A DNA stretch of 64,000 nucleotides from assembly GCF_054482595.1 (NCBI RefSeq), contig NZ_CM137008.1; one strand, 5' to 3'. A model generated the notes under the pieces. The model saw nothing but the letters and a program-made list of their open reading frames with translations, was not told the origin of the DNA and did no database searches. Of the stretch, positions 12,308 through 24,473 are shown piece after piece. The position numbers and the translations under genes were made by a program. Numbering within the stretch: position 1 is the stretch's first letter; every line of letters begins with the position of its first letter.

Positions 12308-12389
12308 AAAAATGGCCAATATCGCTATTGGCCCGTCAAAGAGGAATTTCATTTTTTTATTATTATGCCGTCACTTTAAGCGACGGTGT
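12305..12389 (-). ncRNA. chiX: ChiX (MicM/SroB) Hfq-dependent small RNA
   Basis: Minus strand reads ACACCGTCGCTTAAAGTGACGGCATAATAATAAAAAAATGAAATTCCTCTTTGACGGGCCAATAGCGATATTGGCCATTTTTTT, matching recalled ChiX with its terminator hairpin and U-tract. Confidence 0.85.
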
Positions 12390-12495
12390 AACTCGATTGT
12401 CGCTCAATCTCACCATCCTGCCAATACTCTTAGGCAAGATGACTCTTTTTTTTGGACCGCCATCAGGCGTATGCTTGCTTCGTTTTTTTGTTTAA

Positions 12496-12990
<495 letters not shown>

Positions 12991-12995
12991 GCATT

Positions 12996-13019
12996 GTGCC
13001 GGATGCGAACATCCGGCAC
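12996..13019. terminator. Hairpin between convergent ybaK and ushA
   Basis: Inverted repeat gtgccggatg-cgaac-atccggcac followed by ttt; sits between the two stop codons. Confidence 0.6.
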
Positions 13020-13026
13020 TTTCGGA

Positions 13027-14679
13027 TTACTGCCAGCTCACCTCACCTTTCGGTTCATAAACACTCACATCCAGCGGCGAGCTTTTCTGGATATACGCTT
13101 TCAGCACTTCGGCATCAATAAAGCCGGTATTCACATAGCCCGGTTTGTTATCAAGGCGCGGATAGCCATCACCGCCGGTGGCATTGAAGTTTAATGTCGC
13201 CATACGGTAAGTTTTCGCTGGATCGACCGGTTCGCCTTTGATTTTAAGGTCGTTCAGTTTGCCGTCTTTCGACACAAAGCTAACGTTGGCAAATTGCGGG
13301 TAGGCACCTGAATCTGGCTTCATCTGCGCGACGGCGGTCAGGTAATCAATCACCTCTTTACCGGTCATGTCGGCATACACCACCACATTGCCGAATGGCT
13401 GCACTTTCAGCACGTTTTTATAGCTGATATCGCCTGCTTCGATAGAATCACGAATTCCGCCTCCGCTCATCACCGCAAAGTCGGCACCAGTGCGATCCAT
13501 TTGTGCTGCCAGAATTAACCGCCCCATATTGGTCTGTACAAAACGCACTTTGTCACGATCGCCTTCCAGACGACCATTGGTTTCGCCTATTTTCACTTCC
13601 AGCTGCGCTTTGCCTTTGTTCTGGAACGGTGATAACAGCGAGATCATTTGCTGGTTTTCAGCGATTTCAGGAGTGTAAAGCACGCGCTCGCTTTTCCCGT
13701 CTTCCCAGGTCACTTTCTTCTTCAGGTTCACCGGAATCAGCTGGTAGTTAACCATTTTCATTTCGCCATTACGAAACTCAAAATCAGCCCGTCCCACGTA
13801 TTTGCCCCACTCATGCGCCTGCACAATCCAGATGCCGTTTTGTTGATCTGGTTTGCATGGCGTACCCGGCACGTAATCGACCTGTTTTTTGTTTTCTGCC
13901 GCCATGCAGACCGGATCTTGCGAGTGACCACCGACGATCATCGCCAGCGATCCGGCAGGCAGCGCGCGTGCCATCTCCACATCGCCCGGTGCGTTAGAGC
14001 CGTGCTCACCATTATCGTAATGCCCCATATGGGTCGCCGCGATAATAATGTCTGGCTTTTCTGTCTGTTGCAGCTCCTGAATCACCAGCTTCGCTTCATC
14101 GGCGGGCTTACGAAATTCGACATCAGTGAAGTATTCCGGGTTACCAATTTTTGCTGTGTCATCGGTTGTCAGCCCAATGACGGCAATTTTCAGATCCTGA
14201 CGCTTAAACAGCGCCCACGGTTTAAACAGGCGCTCGCCAGTACTTTTCTGGTAGATATTCGCGGAAAGCAACGGGAACTTGGCCCACTTTTCCTGCTGGC
14301 GTAATACGGTGAGCGGATTATCAAATTCATGATTACCGATCGCCATCGCGTCATAGCCCACCAGATTCATACCGCGAAAATCAGGTTCGGCATCCTGTAA
14401 GTCAGACTCGGGCACGCCAGTGTTAATGTCGCCACCGGAAAGTAGCAGCACGCTACCGCCTTCAGCCGCAACCTCTTTGCGGATACCATCCACCAGCGTT
14501 TTTTGCGCCGCCAGACCATATTCGCCATATTCATTGCGCCAAAAATGCCCATGATGATCATTGGTATGCAGAACTGTAATTTTGTAGGTTTTATCCTGCT
14601 CATACGCCAGAGCAGTTTCACTCGCCAGTGTAAATGTGGTTAACAGCGCTAACGCCACGCCCCGCTGCAATAATTTCAT
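13027..14679 (-). CDS. ushA: Periplasmic UDP-sugar hydrolase / 5'-nucleotidase UshA
   Basis: 550-aa ORF with signal peptide (MKLLQRGVALALLTTFTLASETALA) and metallophosphatase motifs (HTNDHHGH, GNHEFD). Confidence 0.95.
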   Translation of the reverse strand: MKLLQRGVALALLTTFTLASETALAYEQDKTYKITVLHTNDHHGHFWRNEYGEYGLAAQKTLVDGIRKEVAAEGGSVLLLSGGDINTGVPESDLQDAEPDFRGMNLVGYDAMAIGNHEFDNPLTVLRQQEKWAKFPLLSANIYQKSTGERLFKPWALFKRQDLKIAVIGLTTDDTAKIGNPEYFTDVEFRKPADEAKLVIQELQQTEKPDIIIAATHMGHYDNGEHGSNAPGDVEMARALPAGSLAMIVGGHSQDPVCMAAENKKQVDYVPGTPCKPDQQNGIWIVQAHEWGKYVGRADFEFRNGEMKMVNYQLIPVNLKKKVTWEDGKSERVLYTPEIAENQQMISLLSPFQNKGKAQLEVKIGETNGRLEGDRDKVRFVQTNMGRLILAAQMDRTGADFAVMSGGGIRDSIEAGDISYKNVLKVQPFGNVVVYADMTGKEVIDYLTAVAQMKPDSGAYPQFANVSFVSKDGKLNDLKIKGEPVDPAKTYRMATLNFNATGGDGYPRLDNKPGYVNTGFIDAEVLKAYIQKSSPLDVSVYEPKGEVSWQ

Positions 14680-14896
14680 ACTTCTCTCCCTGACCTGATT
14701 TCAACGTGTTGAAAAATAGTATGACGCGACATCATAGACAAGTCTGCGTCCGGTGAAGATAAATCTGCATCCAGATTAGAAATTCTGTATTCGGCGTTGA
14801 GACTTCCTTCAGGCGACGCATACAGGTATGTTAGTCGGGTAATAATCACAAATAAGATCATTCTTTACATCGCAACCCTGAAAAAGTGACTTTCCT

Positions 14897-16117
14897 ATGG
14901 CAATGAGTGAACAACCCCAGCCTGTGGCGGGCGCGGCTGCGTCAACGACCAAGGCCCGAACATCGTTTGGTATTTTAGGTGCTATCAGCCTCTCACATCT
15001 GCTGAACGACATGATCCAATCGCTGATTCTGGCGATTTATCCGCTGCTTCAGTCAGAATTTTCTCTGACATTTATGCAGATTGGCATGATAACCCTCACC
15101 TTCCAGCTCGCCTCTTCGCTACTGCAACCAGTGGTCGGCTACTGGACCGATAAATATCCGATGCCGTGGTCGTTGCCAATTGGCATGTGCTTTACCTTAA
15201 GTGGTCTGGTGCTGCTTGCGCTGGCGGGCAGTTTTGGCGCAGTTCTGCTGGCGGCGGCGCTGGTCGGTACCGGTTCATCGGTCTTTCATCCGGAATCTTC
15301 TCGCGTAGCCCGTATGGCTTCCGGCGGGCGGCATGGCCTGGCGCAATCTATCTTTCAGGTCGGCGGCAACTTTGGCAGTTCCCTGGGACCCTTGCTGGCG
15401 GCGGTGATTATCGCGCCTTATGGCAAAGGCAACGTTGCCTGGTTTGTGCTTGCGGCACTGCTGGCGATCGTGGTGTTGGCGCAAATCAGCCGTTGGTACT
15501 CGGCACAGCACCGAATGAATAAAGGAAAACCCAAAGCGACGATTATCAATCCACTGCCGCGCAACAAAGTGGTACTGGCGGTCAGCATTCTGTTAATCCT
15601 CATTTTCTCGAAATATTTCTATATGGCGAGCATCAGCAGCTATTACACCTTTTATCTGATGCAAAAATTTGGATTATCTATCCAGAATGCTCAGCTTCAT
15701 CTGTTTGCCTTCCTGTTTGCCGTTGCGGCAGGTACGGTGATCGGCGGGCCTGTAGGGGATAAAATTGGGCGGAAATATGTGATTTGGGGCTCTATCCTCG
15801 GCGTTGCGCCGTTTACGCTGATTTTACCCTACGCCAGCCTGCACTGGACGGGGGTTTTAACGGTGATTATTGGATTTATCCTCGCTTCGGCATTCTCTGC
15901 CATTCTGGTTTACGCTCAGGAGCTGCTTCCGGGACGTATCGGTATGGTTTCTGGACTCTTTTTCGGTTTTGCTTTTGGTATGGGAGGTCTGGGAGCGGCA
16001 GTTCTGGGGCTTATCGCCGATCACACCAGTATCGAGTTAGTCTATAAAATCTGTGCTTTCCTGCCACTATTGGGGATGTTGACCATATTCCTGCCTGATA
16101 ACCGGCATAAAGACTGA
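14897..16117 (+). CDS. fsr: MFS transporter Fsr (fosmidomycin resistance)
   Basis: 406-aa ORF with 12-TM MFS architecture; conserved neighbour of ushA and ybaL. Confidence 0.9.
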   Translation: MAMSEQPQPVAGAAASTTKARTSFGILGAISLSHLLNDMIQSLILAIYPLLQSEFSLTFMQIGMITLTFQLASSLLQPVVGYWTDKYPMPWSLPIGMCFTLSGLVLLALAGSFGAVLLAAALVGTGSSVFHPESSRVARMASGGRHGLAQSIFQVGGNFGSSLGPLLAAVIIAPYGKGNVAWFVLAALLAIVVLAQISRWYSAQHRMNKGKPKATIINPLPRNKVVLAVSILLILIFSKYFYMASISSYYTFYLMQKFGLSIQNAQLHLFAFLFAVAAGTVIGGPVGDKIGRKYVIWGSILGVAPFTLILPYASLHWTGVLTVIIGFILASAFSAILVYAQELLPGRIGMVSGLFFGFAFGMGGLGAAVLGLIADHTSIELVYKICAFLPLLGMLTIFLPDNRHKD

Positions 16118-16123
16118 TTTCAT

Positions 16124-16157
16124 TGCAGCCAAAGGCAAACTTTGGCTGCATCGTTTT
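16124..16157 (+). terminator. Rho-independent terminator after fsr
   Basis: Hairpin tgcagccaaagg-caaa-ctttggctgca followed by tcgtttta. Confidence 0.65.
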
Positions 16158-16354
16158 ACAGTCGCCATAAGCCTTTCCTCTGTTAAACCGCCTTCTGTTT
16201 TCCGATCCGTGCTTTTTTTGCAGCTAATTCCATTTTTCTGCAAAATTCAATAATTATTCATGAACATCATCAATGAAATTGTCATAAACTATTACCTGTA
16301 ATTTTGGTTTTCCCGGCCAAAAATGGACAATAACCACCAGGAAAAGGAGACGGA

Positions 16355-18031
16355 ATGCATCACGCCACCCCGCTTATCACCACCATTGTTGGCGGCCTTG
16401 TGCTCGCCTTTATCCTCGGCATGCTGGCCAATAAACTACGTATTTCTCCTCTGGTGGGATATCTGTTAGCGGGTGTGCTGGCAGGACCATTCACTCCGGG
16501 CTTTGTTGCCGATACCAAGCTTGCGCCGGAACTGGCTGAACTGGGCGTCATTCTGTTGATGTTTGGCGTCGGTTTGCACTTTTCGCTGAAGGATTTGATG
16601 GCGGTAAAGGCCATCGCCATTCCCGGTGCGATCGCCCAGATAGCCGTGGCGACGCTGCTGGGTATGGCGCTCTCTGCCGTGCTGGGCTGGTCGTTAATGA
16701 CCGGTATCGTGTTCGGTTTATGTCTTTCCACCGCCAGTACCGTGGTGTTACTGCGCGCACTTGAAGAACGGCAATTAATTGACAGTCAGCGTGGGCAAAT
16801 CGCCATCGGTTGGTTGATTGTGGAAGACCTGGTAATGGTTCTGACGCTGGTGTTGCTGCCCGCAGTGGCAGGAATGATGGAACAGGGCGATGTGGGCTTT
16901 GCCACTCTTGCAGTCGATATGGGGATCACCATCGGCAAAGTGATCGCATTTATCGCCATTATGATGCTGGTAGGTCGCCGTCTGGTGCCGTGGATTATGG
17001 CACGCAGCGCGGCAACCGGTTCTCGCGAGCTGTTTACCCTGTCGGTGCTGGCGCTGGCGTTAGGGATTGCCTTTGGTGCGGTGGAGCTGTTTGATGTCTC
17101 CTTTGCACTCGGTGCGTTCTTTGCCGGGATGGTACTGAACGAGTCTGAACTGAGTCACCGTGCCGCCCACGATACGCTGCCATTGCGCGACGCGTTTGCG
17201 GTGCTGTTTTTTGTCTCCGTCGGGATGTTGTTTGATCCGTTAATTCTGATTCAGCAACCGCTGGCAGTGCTGGCGACGCTGGCGATTATTCTGTTTGGTA
17301 AGTCGTTAGCCGCATTTTTCCTGGTGCGACTGTTTGGTCACTCCCAACGTACGGCATTAACCATCGCCGCCAGCCTGGCGCAGATTGGTGAGTTCGCGTT
17401 TATCCTGGCGGGACTGGGAATGGCATTGAATTTACTGCCGCAGGCCGGACAAAACCTGGTACTGGCAGGGGCGATCCTGTCGATTATGCTCAACCCGGTA
17501 CTGTTCGCACTACTGGAGAAATATCTGGCGAAGACCGAAACGCTGGAAGAGCAGACGCTGGAAGAGGCAATCGAAGAAGAGAAACAGATCCCAGTGGATA
17601 TTTGCAACCATGCGCTATTGGTGGGTTACGGTCGTGTAGGCAGCCTGCTGGGGGAGAAATTGCTCGCCTCTGATATTCCGCTGGTGGTGATTGAGACGTC
17701 ACGAACCCGTGTTGATGAGCTGCGAGAGCGTGGGGTCCGCGCTGTATTGGGCAATGCAGCGAACGAAGAAATTATGCAACTGGCGCATCTGGAATGTGCA
17801 AAATGGCTGATCCTGACGATCCCCAACGGTTATGAAGCGGGTGAGATTGTGGCGTCTGCCCGCGCGAAAAACCCGGATATTGAGATTATCGCCCGCGCCC
17901 ATTATGACGATGAAGTGACGTATATCACCGAACGTGGCGCGAATCAGGTAGTGATGGGTGAACGTGAAATTGCCCGTACTATGCTGGAACTGCTGGAAAC
18001 GCCACCGGCGGGTGAAGTGGTGACGGGGTAA
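16355..18031 (+). CDS. ybaL: CPA2-family cation/proton antiporter with C-terminal TrkA-N (RCK) domain, YbaL
   Basis: 558-aa ORF; membrane domain plus Rossmann motif LLVGYGRVGSLLGEKL. Confidence 0.9.
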   Translation: MHHATPLITTIVGGLVLAFILGMLANKLRISPLVGYLLAGVLAGPFTPGFVADTKLAPELAELGVILLMFGVGLHFSLKDLMAVKAIAIPGAIAQIAVATLLGMALSAVLGWSLMTGIVFGLCLSTASTVVLLRALEERQLIDSQRGQIAIGWLIVEDLVMVLTLVLLPAVAGMMEQGDVGFATLAVDMGITIGKVIAFIAIMMLVGRRLVPWIMARSAATGSRELFTLSVLALALGIAFGAVELFDVSFALGAFFAGMVLNESELSHRAAHDTLPLRDAFAVLFFVSVGMLFDPLILIQQPLAVLATLAIILFGKSLAAFFLVRLFGHSQRTALTIAASLAQIGEFAFILAGLGMALNLLPQAGQNLVLAGAILSIMLNPVLFALLEKYLAKTETLEEQTLEEAIEEEKQIPVDICNHALLVGYGRVGSLLGEKLLASDIPLVVIETSRTRVDELRERGVRAVLGNAANEEIMQLAHLECAKWLILTIPNGYEAGEIVASARAKNPDIEIIARAHYDDEVTYITERGANQVVMGEREIARTMLELLETPPAGEVVTG

Positions 18032-18054
18032 ACGGTGGTTGCCGGATGTAAAAT

Positions 18055-18150
18055 ATGAAAAATATGTAGGCATGATAAGACGCGCCAGCGTCGCATCGGG
18101 CATCGAGAGCCAAATGCCAGATGCGGCGTGAACGCCTTATCTGGCCTACG
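18055..18150. repeat. REP pair (single BIME) downstream of ybaL
   Basis: gtaggcatgataagacgcgccagcgtcgcatcgggca and gccagatgcggcgtgaacgccttatctggcctac in inverted orientation. Confidence 0.85.
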
Positions 18151-18163
18151 AACCGACGATAAC

Positions 18164-19468
18164 TTAACGATCCCAGTAAGACTCTTCCAGGCTGTCTTCA
18201 CGCTCCGGCAAGCCGCGCGTTAAACGAGGTGAATGCTGGTTCAGTACCTGATAGCTCACACGGTTAGCATATTTACACACCTGCGCTAACGATGAATAAG
18301 TTAACCAGGTGAATTTATGTTTGCTGGAGTTTGGTACGTTGCTACGATGGTAGCTGTTGGCGGTAATGTCATGCAGCAACGCTGCCAATGCGCCATCCCC
18401 CGCTCCATTAGTGTTCATGATTTTTTCCGGCCCGCCCATGTACGGCGCAATGTGCGAATATACACGCAGCGGATTCTGGCAATCCTTGTGGCGCATGGCG
18501 CGGCTAAACTCATACTGGTTGAATTCCGCTATAGCGCCCGGCAGCAGCGGATGCTGGGTTTTACGTTTCGCTTCGTCTTCGGTAAAGCCCGCCATATACA
18601 AGCCGATTGGCCCGGCGGTGCACAGCACCAGATCTACCCAGTCCAGCGCCTTGTCAGATGCCAACAACGGATCGCTTTCTCCGGTCAACGCTTCGGCTTC
18701 ATCTTCGTTCATCGCAAGGATAGAAACGTGGTCTTTGAGGAATTGCTGCCACCACTGCGGATTCTCGGCAATGACAAACTTGGTGCCCAGCGTCAGCACC
18801 ACCGGTACGTTATATTTCTTCGCGTACTCAATGGCTTTCATGGTTGCTTCCGGCATGGGTTCACCCGGTTTGCAACGCACCAGATAAGAGGTGAGAACCA
18901 GTGCCGAGGCTCCGGCAATCACATCTTCCGGAATGCTTTCAGCCCGCAGCTGGTTCATGTGGCCTGGACTGATAGCAAAGGTACGTTCCCCGGACTCGCC
19001 AATCAGCGTAAAGCAACGACCAATCGGGCCATCCACGCCTTGTAGATAGTTAAGATCGGTACGGCTGGAAGTGTTACACAGGTAACGATAGGCATAACTG
19101 CCAATTTCAATATTGCTGCACATGACGCCCAGCAGCACCGAACGGTCGTCCGCGAGCACCGAGTAGTTGTGCATGGTGTTACCAATGGTGCCACCCGCAA
19201 ACTGATGGGTAATCAGGTTTTTCTGTTTTAGCTCCTGATAAAGCGCTTCGGCTACGTCATCCTCAATCACCAGTGAATGCCCGGCGCTTAATCCATAACG
19301 CTCAATGAATTCATCATCCACTTTCGCTTCAATATCGACCAGCGTCTGGTCAATACCTACGACCCAGGCGGCGCTGGTTTCGTTTTCTGGCTGGAATTGC
19401 TGAAGCAGCGGATCGCGTGCATTTACAGGGAAGTAATGTTTGGATTTACGTTTACCGGGAAATTTCAT
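18164..19468 (-). CDS. gsk: Inosine-guanosine kinase
   Basis: 434-aa ORF; PfkB/ribokinase-like family; conserved between ybaL and aes. Confidence 0.92.
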   Translation of the reverse strand: MKFPGKRKSKHYFPVNARDPLLQQFQPENETSAAWVVGIDQTLVDIEAKVDDEFIERYGLSAGHSLVIEDDVAEALYQELKQKNLITHQFAGGTIGNTMHNYSVLADDRSVLLGVMCSNIEIGSYAYRYLCNTSSRTDLNYLQGVDGPIGRCFTLIGESGERTFAISPGHMNQLRAESIPEDVIAGASALVLTSYLVRCKPGEPMPEATMKAIEYAKKYNVPVVLTLGTKFVIAENPQWWQQFLKDHVSILAMNEDEAEALTGESDPLLASDKALDWVDLVLCTAGPIGLYMAGFTEDEAKRKTQHPLLPGAIAEFNQYEFSRAMRHKDCQNPLRVYSHIAPYMGGPEKIMNTNGAGDGALAALLHDITANSYHRSNVPNSSKHKFTWLTYSSLAQVCKYANRVSYQVLNQHSPRLTRGLPEREDSLEESYWDR

Positions 19469-19619
19469 GGTTGTTTTTACGGGTGGTTAACTGAGCGGCG
19501 AATGTTAACACAATCTGACGGGAGCGCGCGAGACGCAGCCAGTTTCAATATCAGCAGGCGGGATCGCATTTTCATGGCAGTGGTTCCTTACAATGACGTA
19601 ATTTGAAAGGAGTTTTTGT

Positions 19620-20579
19620 ATGAAGCCGGAAAACAAACTACCTGTTCTGGACCTTATTTCTGCTGAAATGAAGACCGTTGTGAATACTCTTCAGCCGGAT
19701 TTACCGTCCTGGCCCGCAACGGGAACGATTGCTGAGCAACGACAGTATTACACGCTTGAGCGCCGATTCTGGAATGCGGGCGCTCCAGAAATGGCAACCA
19801 GAGCTTACATGGTTCCAACAAAATATGGGCAGGTGGAAACACGTCTCTTTTGTCCGCAGCCAGATAGCCCGGCGACGCTATTTTATTTGCATGGAGGCGG
19901 TTTTATTCTCGGCAATCTCGATACCCACGATCGCATCATGCGCCTGCTGGCAAGCTACAGCCAATGTACGGTGATTGGTATTGATTACCCCCTTTCACCT
20001 GAAGCGCGTTTTCCGCAAGCGATAGAGGAAATTGTGGCTGCTTGTTGTTATTTCCACCAGCAGGCGGAGGATTATCAAATCAATATGTCCCGCATTGGCT
20101 TTGCCGGTGATTCCGCAGGTGCCATGCTGGCGCTCGCCAGTGCGTTGTGGTTGCGTGATAAACAGATCGATTGCGGTAAAATTGCGGGTGTTTTGCTGTG
20201 GTATGGGCTTTACGGATTACGGGATTCCGTGACTCGTCGTCTGTTGGGCGGTGTCTGGGATGGCTTAACGCAACAGGATTTGCAGATGTATGAAGAGGCG
20301 TATTTAAGCAACGACGCGGACCGCGAGTCACCGTATTACTGTCTGTTTAATAATGATCTCACTCGCGAAGTTCCGCCCTGTTTTATTGCCGGGGCGGAGT
20401 TCGATCCGCTGCTGGATGACAGCCGTCTGCTTTACCAGACGTTAGCGGCGCATCAGCAGCCCTGTGAGTTCAAACTCTACCCAGGTACGCTGCATGCCTT
20501 TTTGCATTATTCACGAATGATGAAAACCGCCGACGAGGCTCTTCGCGACGGCGCTCAGTTCTTTACCGCTCAGCTTTAG
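19620..20579 (+). CDS. aes: Acetyl esterase Aes (HSL-family alpha/beta hydrolase)
   Basis: 319-aa ORF with HGGGF oxyanion motif and GDSAG nucleophile elbow. Confidence 0.95.
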   Translation: MKPENKLPVLDLISAEMKTVVNTLQPDLPSWPATGTIAEQRQYYTLERRFWNAGAPEMATRAYMVPTKYGQVETRLFCPQPDSPATLFYLHGGGFILGNLDTHDRIMRLLASYSQCTVIGIDYPLSPEARFPQAIEEIVAACCYFHQQAEDYQINMSRIGFAGDSAGAMLALASALWLRDKQIDCGKIAGVLLWYGLYGLRDSVTRRLLGGVWDGLTQQDLQMYEEAYLSNDADRESPYYCLFNNDLTREVPPCFIAGAEFDPLLDDSRLLYQTLAAHQQPCEFKLYPGTLHAFLHYSRMMKTADEALRDGAQFFTAQL

Positions 20580-21538
20580 CGATACGCGGCAACAAGATTA
20601 GCCATCATTTCGATATGTTCCGGCGTGGCATTAAGCGCTGGAATATATTCATATTTTTTCCCGCCGGCACCGAGGAAGACCTCACGGTTTTGCTCGGCAA
20701 TCTCTTCCAGCGTCTCCAGACAATCCGCAGCAAAGCCCGGGCACATCACCTGTATATGACCTACGCCTTTTTCTCCGAGCATTTTCAGCGTTTCGTCGGT
20801 ATAAGGCATCAGCCAGGGTTCCCGGCCAAAGCGCGACTGAAAGGTCATCATCACTTTTTCCGGTGCCATCCCCAGTGCGGAAGCCAGTTCGCGAGTCGTT
20901 GTGCGGCAACGTTGCGGGTAATCATCGCCTTCATCTGCATAACGCTGGGGAATGCCATGATAAGAGAGCAGCAGCAGATCCGGTTCGCCATGTTTGGCAA
21001 AAGAAGCGCGTACGCTGTTCGCCAGTGCATTAATGTAATCGTGGTTATCGGCGTAATCACGAATAAACGATATCCCCGGAATGCTACGTTTGCGCGCCAG
21101 AATGCGTGCCAGTTCATCCCATACCGCACCGACCGTAGAACAGGAGAATTGCGGATAAAGCGGCAGCACCACAATATGATCTACATGCTCTGCCAGGAGT
21201 TCATCGACGGCGCTTTCCAGTGATGGCGAGCCGTAGCTCATGCCCAGCGCTACGGGCGTATCCGGTAAACGTTGTGCCAACGCCTGCTGTTGCTGGCGGC
21301 TGTAAACCATCAGCGGCGAGCCGTCTTCCATCCAGACCGAGGCGTACAGCTTCGCCACACGCGGCGAGCGCAGCGGCAAAATCACGCCGCGCAGCAACGG
21401 CCACCATAACAACCGTGAGGTATCAACCACGCGTCTGTCGCTTAAAAATTGTTTCAGATAGCGTTTTACCGCTTCAGGTGTGGGGGCATCGGGCGTACCC
21501 AGGTTTGCCAGCAGGATACCGGTTTTAGTCTGACGCAT
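20576..21538 (-). CDS. hemH: Ferrochelatase
   Basis: 320-aa ORF; ferrochelatase family; its stop overlaps the aes stop by 4 nt (convergent). Confidence 0.93.
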   Translation of the reverse strand: MRQTKTGILLANLGTPDAPTPEAVKRYLKQFLSDRRVVDTSRLLWWPLLRGVILPLRSPRVAKLYASVWMEDGSPLMVYSRQQQQALAQRLPDTPVALGMSYGSPSLESAVDELLAEHVDHIVVLPLYPQFSCSTVGAVWDELARILARKRSIPGISFIRDYADNHDYINALANSVRASFAKHGEPDLLLLSYHGIPQRYADEGDDYPQRCRTTTRELASALGMAPEKVMMTFQSRFGREPWLMPYTDETLKMLGEKGVGHIQVMCPGFAADCLETLEEIAEQNREVFLGAGGKKYEYIPALNATPEHIEMMANLVAAYR

Positions 21539-21712
21539 TACCGCCTCTTATCGATTCAACTTGTTGATAATTGTAGCGGAAAAGTGAGGAAGAAGAACTA
21601 ATTGCTGTGAGAGGTCAAATCAGAAAAAGGAATAGCGCAGATTGAGGTTTTTGTAAAAGGCCGAATGAATATCCGGCCTGAGATTGCTGATAAGTTTGCT
21701 TGTGCGGGCCTG

Positions 21713-21758
21713 TTCCCCTCACCCTAACCCTCTCCCCGAGGGGGCGAGGGGACTGTCC
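21713..21758. repeat. GC-rich imperfect palindrome (Box C-like intergenic repeat) between hemH and adk
   Basis: cccctcaccctaaccctctccccgagggggcgaggggac: runs of CCCCTC / GAGGGG in dyad arrangement. Confidence 0.5.
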
Positions 21759-21773
21759 GTGCGCGCTTTCGAA

Positions 21774-22490
<717 letters not shown>

Positions 22491-22560
22491 TCAAGAAAGG
22501 CACCTGAGGCTGAAACGGTTAATGGCGAGATAATTTGCGGAAAGTGCAGATGATGAAAAG

Positions 22561-22593
22561 AAAAATGCCGGATGACACAAAGGTCATCCGGCA
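22561..22593 (-). terminator. Rho-independent terminator of htpG
   Basis: Minus strand: stem tgccggatgac, loop, gtcatccggca, then UUUUU (plus aaaaa at 22561-22565), just past the htpG stop. Confidence 0.8.
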
Positions 22594-22598
22594 TGACA

Positions 22599-24473
22599 TC
22601 AGGAAACCAGCAGCTGGTTCATACGACGAATAAACAGGTTCGGATCTTCCAGCGTGCCGCGTTCTGCCAGCAGCGCCTGATCCAGCAGCAGTTCTACCCA
22701 CTCGCTGAACTTCGCTTCATCTTCAGTATCTGCCGCACGTTTCACCAGTACGTGATCCGGGTTCAGTTCGAAGATGTATTTCACTTCTGGCACTTTCTGG
22801 CCCGCCGCAGCGAACAGTTTCGCCATCTGAGTGCTCATTTCGTCCGCGTCGGTCGAAACGATCGCTGGCGTATCGGTCAGACGGTGAGTCAGACGGACAT
22901 CTTTCACGCGCTCGCCGAGCAGGGCTTTCACACGGTCGATGAACGGAGTCAGTGCTTTCTCCGCTTCTTTCGCGCTCTCATCAACTTCGTCAGCCAGTTT
23001 TTCCAGCGACTCGTCAACTTTAGACACCGACTGGAACGGTTTACCGTCGAACTCAGTCAGATAGTTCATCATCCACTCATCGATGCGGTCGGAAAGCAGC
23101 AGAACTTCGATGCCTTTCTTACGCAGCAGTTCCAGGTGTGGGCTGCTCTTCGCTGCCGCATAGCTGTCTGCAGTGATGTAGTAGATTTTCTCCTGCCCTT
23201 CTTTCATGCGGGAAACGTAGTCTTCCAGAGACACGGTCTGCGCAGAAGAATCGGTATAAGTAGAAGCAAAACGCAGCAGTTTGGCGATCGCTTCCTGGTT
23301 AGCGAAATCTTCCGCCGGACCTTCTTTCAGTACCAGGCCAAACTGTTGCCAGAAGGTCTGGTATTTTTCCGCGTCGTCTTTCGCCAGTTTTTCCAGCATT
23401 TGCAGCACACGCTTGGTCAGCGCATTGCGCAGGTTACGCGTTACCGTGCTGTCCTGGAGGATTTCACGGGAAACGTTCAGCGGCAGATCGCTGGAGTCAA
23501 TCAGACCACGCACGAAGCGCAGATAGTTCGGCATGAACTGTTCTGCGTCGTCCATGATGAACACACGCTGGACGTACAGTTTCAGGCCGTGTTTATGATC
23601 ACGGTTCCACATATCCCACGGAGCCTGGGACGGGATGTACAGCAGGCTGGTGTACTCCTGCTTACCTTCAACGCGGTTGTGGCTCCAGGTCAGCGGATCA
23701 TTAAAGTCGTGGGCGATGTGTTTGTAGAACTCTTTGTACTCTTCATCGGTGATTTCCGACTTGTTACGAGTCCACAGCGCCTGCGCTTTGTTGATTTTCT
23801 CCCAGGAGATAACGGTTTCGCCGTCTTTCTCTTCGCGTTTTTCGATCTCTACCGGCAGCGCGATATGGTCGGAGTATTTGCTGATGATGGAACGCACGCG
23901 CCAGTCATCGAGGAACTCGTCTTCGCCTTCACGCAGATGCAGGGTGATTTCAGTACCACGATCTTCTTTGGTGATGTCGGCAACGGTATATTCACCTTCG
24001 CCAGCCGATTCCCAGAAGACGCCGTTTTCTGGTTTTTCGCCTGCCGCGCGAGTACGCACGGTCACTTTGTCGGCCACGATAAACGCAGAGTAGAAACCAA
24101 CACCAAACTGACCGATCAGCTGGCTGTCTTTCGCCTGGTCAGAACCCAGGGATTCGAGGAATGATTTGGTACCGGATTTAGCGATAGTCCCCAGATGGTC
24201 AATCACTTCGTCGCGGGTCATCCCCACGCCGTTATCGGAGATGGTCAGCGTGCGCTTGTCTTTATCGAAAGAGACACGAACGCGCAGTTCGCCATCACCT
24301 TCGTACAGGTCCGGGTTAGATAGCGCACGGAAACGCAGCTTGTCCGCCGCATCGGAGGCGTTAGAGATAAGCTCACGCAGGAAGATTTCTTTATTGGAAT
24401 AGAGAGAATGGATCATCAGGTGCAGAAGCTGTTTCACTTCTGACTGAAAACCACGAGTTTCTTGTCCTTTCAT
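22599..24473 (-). CDS. htpG: Hsp90-family chaperone HtpG
   Basis: 624-aa ORF; GHKL ATPase N-domain ([25 protein letters not shown]). Confidence 0.97.
   Translation of the reverse strand: MKGQETRGFQSEVKQLLHLMIHSLYSNKEIFLRELISNASDAADKLRFRALSNPDLYEGDGELRVRVSFDKDKRTLTISDNGVGMTRDEVIDHLGTIAKSGTKSFLESLGSDQAKDSQLIGQFGVGFYSAFIVADKVTVRTRAAGEKPENGVFWESAGEGEYTVADITKEDRGTEITLHLREGEDEFLDDWRVRSIISKYSDHIALPVEIEKREEKDGETVISWEKINKAQALWTRNKSEITDEEYKEFYKHIAHDFNDPLTWSHNRVEGKQEYTSLLYIPSQAPWDMWNRDHKHGLKLYVQRVFIMDDAEQFMPNYLRFVRGLIDSSDLPLNVSREILQDSTVTRNLRNALTKRVLQMLEKLAKDDAEKYQTFWQQFGLVLKEGPAEDFANQEAIAKLLRFASTYTDSSAQTVSLEDYVSRMKEGQEKIYYITADSYAAAKSSPHLELLRKKGIEVLLLSDRIDEWMMNYLTEFDGKPFQSVSKVDESLEKLADEVDESAKEAEKALTPFIDRVKALLGERVKDVRLTHRLTDTPAIVSTDADEMSTQMAKLFAAAGQKVPEVKYIFELNPDHVLVKRAADTEDEAKFSEWVELLLDQALLAERGTLEDPNLFIRRMNQLLVS

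Noticed and set aside
14367-14621. Various 60-120-aa ORFs nested inside or antisense to large genes (for example within ushA, copA, mscK, acrB, dnaX)
   Set aside because: All are fully contained in well-supported genes on the same or opposite strand, lack start context, and have low-complexity translations; treated as noise.
22572-24164. 530-aa ORF antisense to htpG (similar long antisense frames occur in lon 59190..60422, ppiD 56892..57665, clpX 60910..61590, gsk 18317..19045, hemH 20615..21223)
   Set aside because: Long stop-free antisense frames are expected opposite highly expressed, codon-biased genes; the translations are compositionally odd (F/R/V/Q-rich), with no domain signatures or RBS, and fully overlap well-supported genes.
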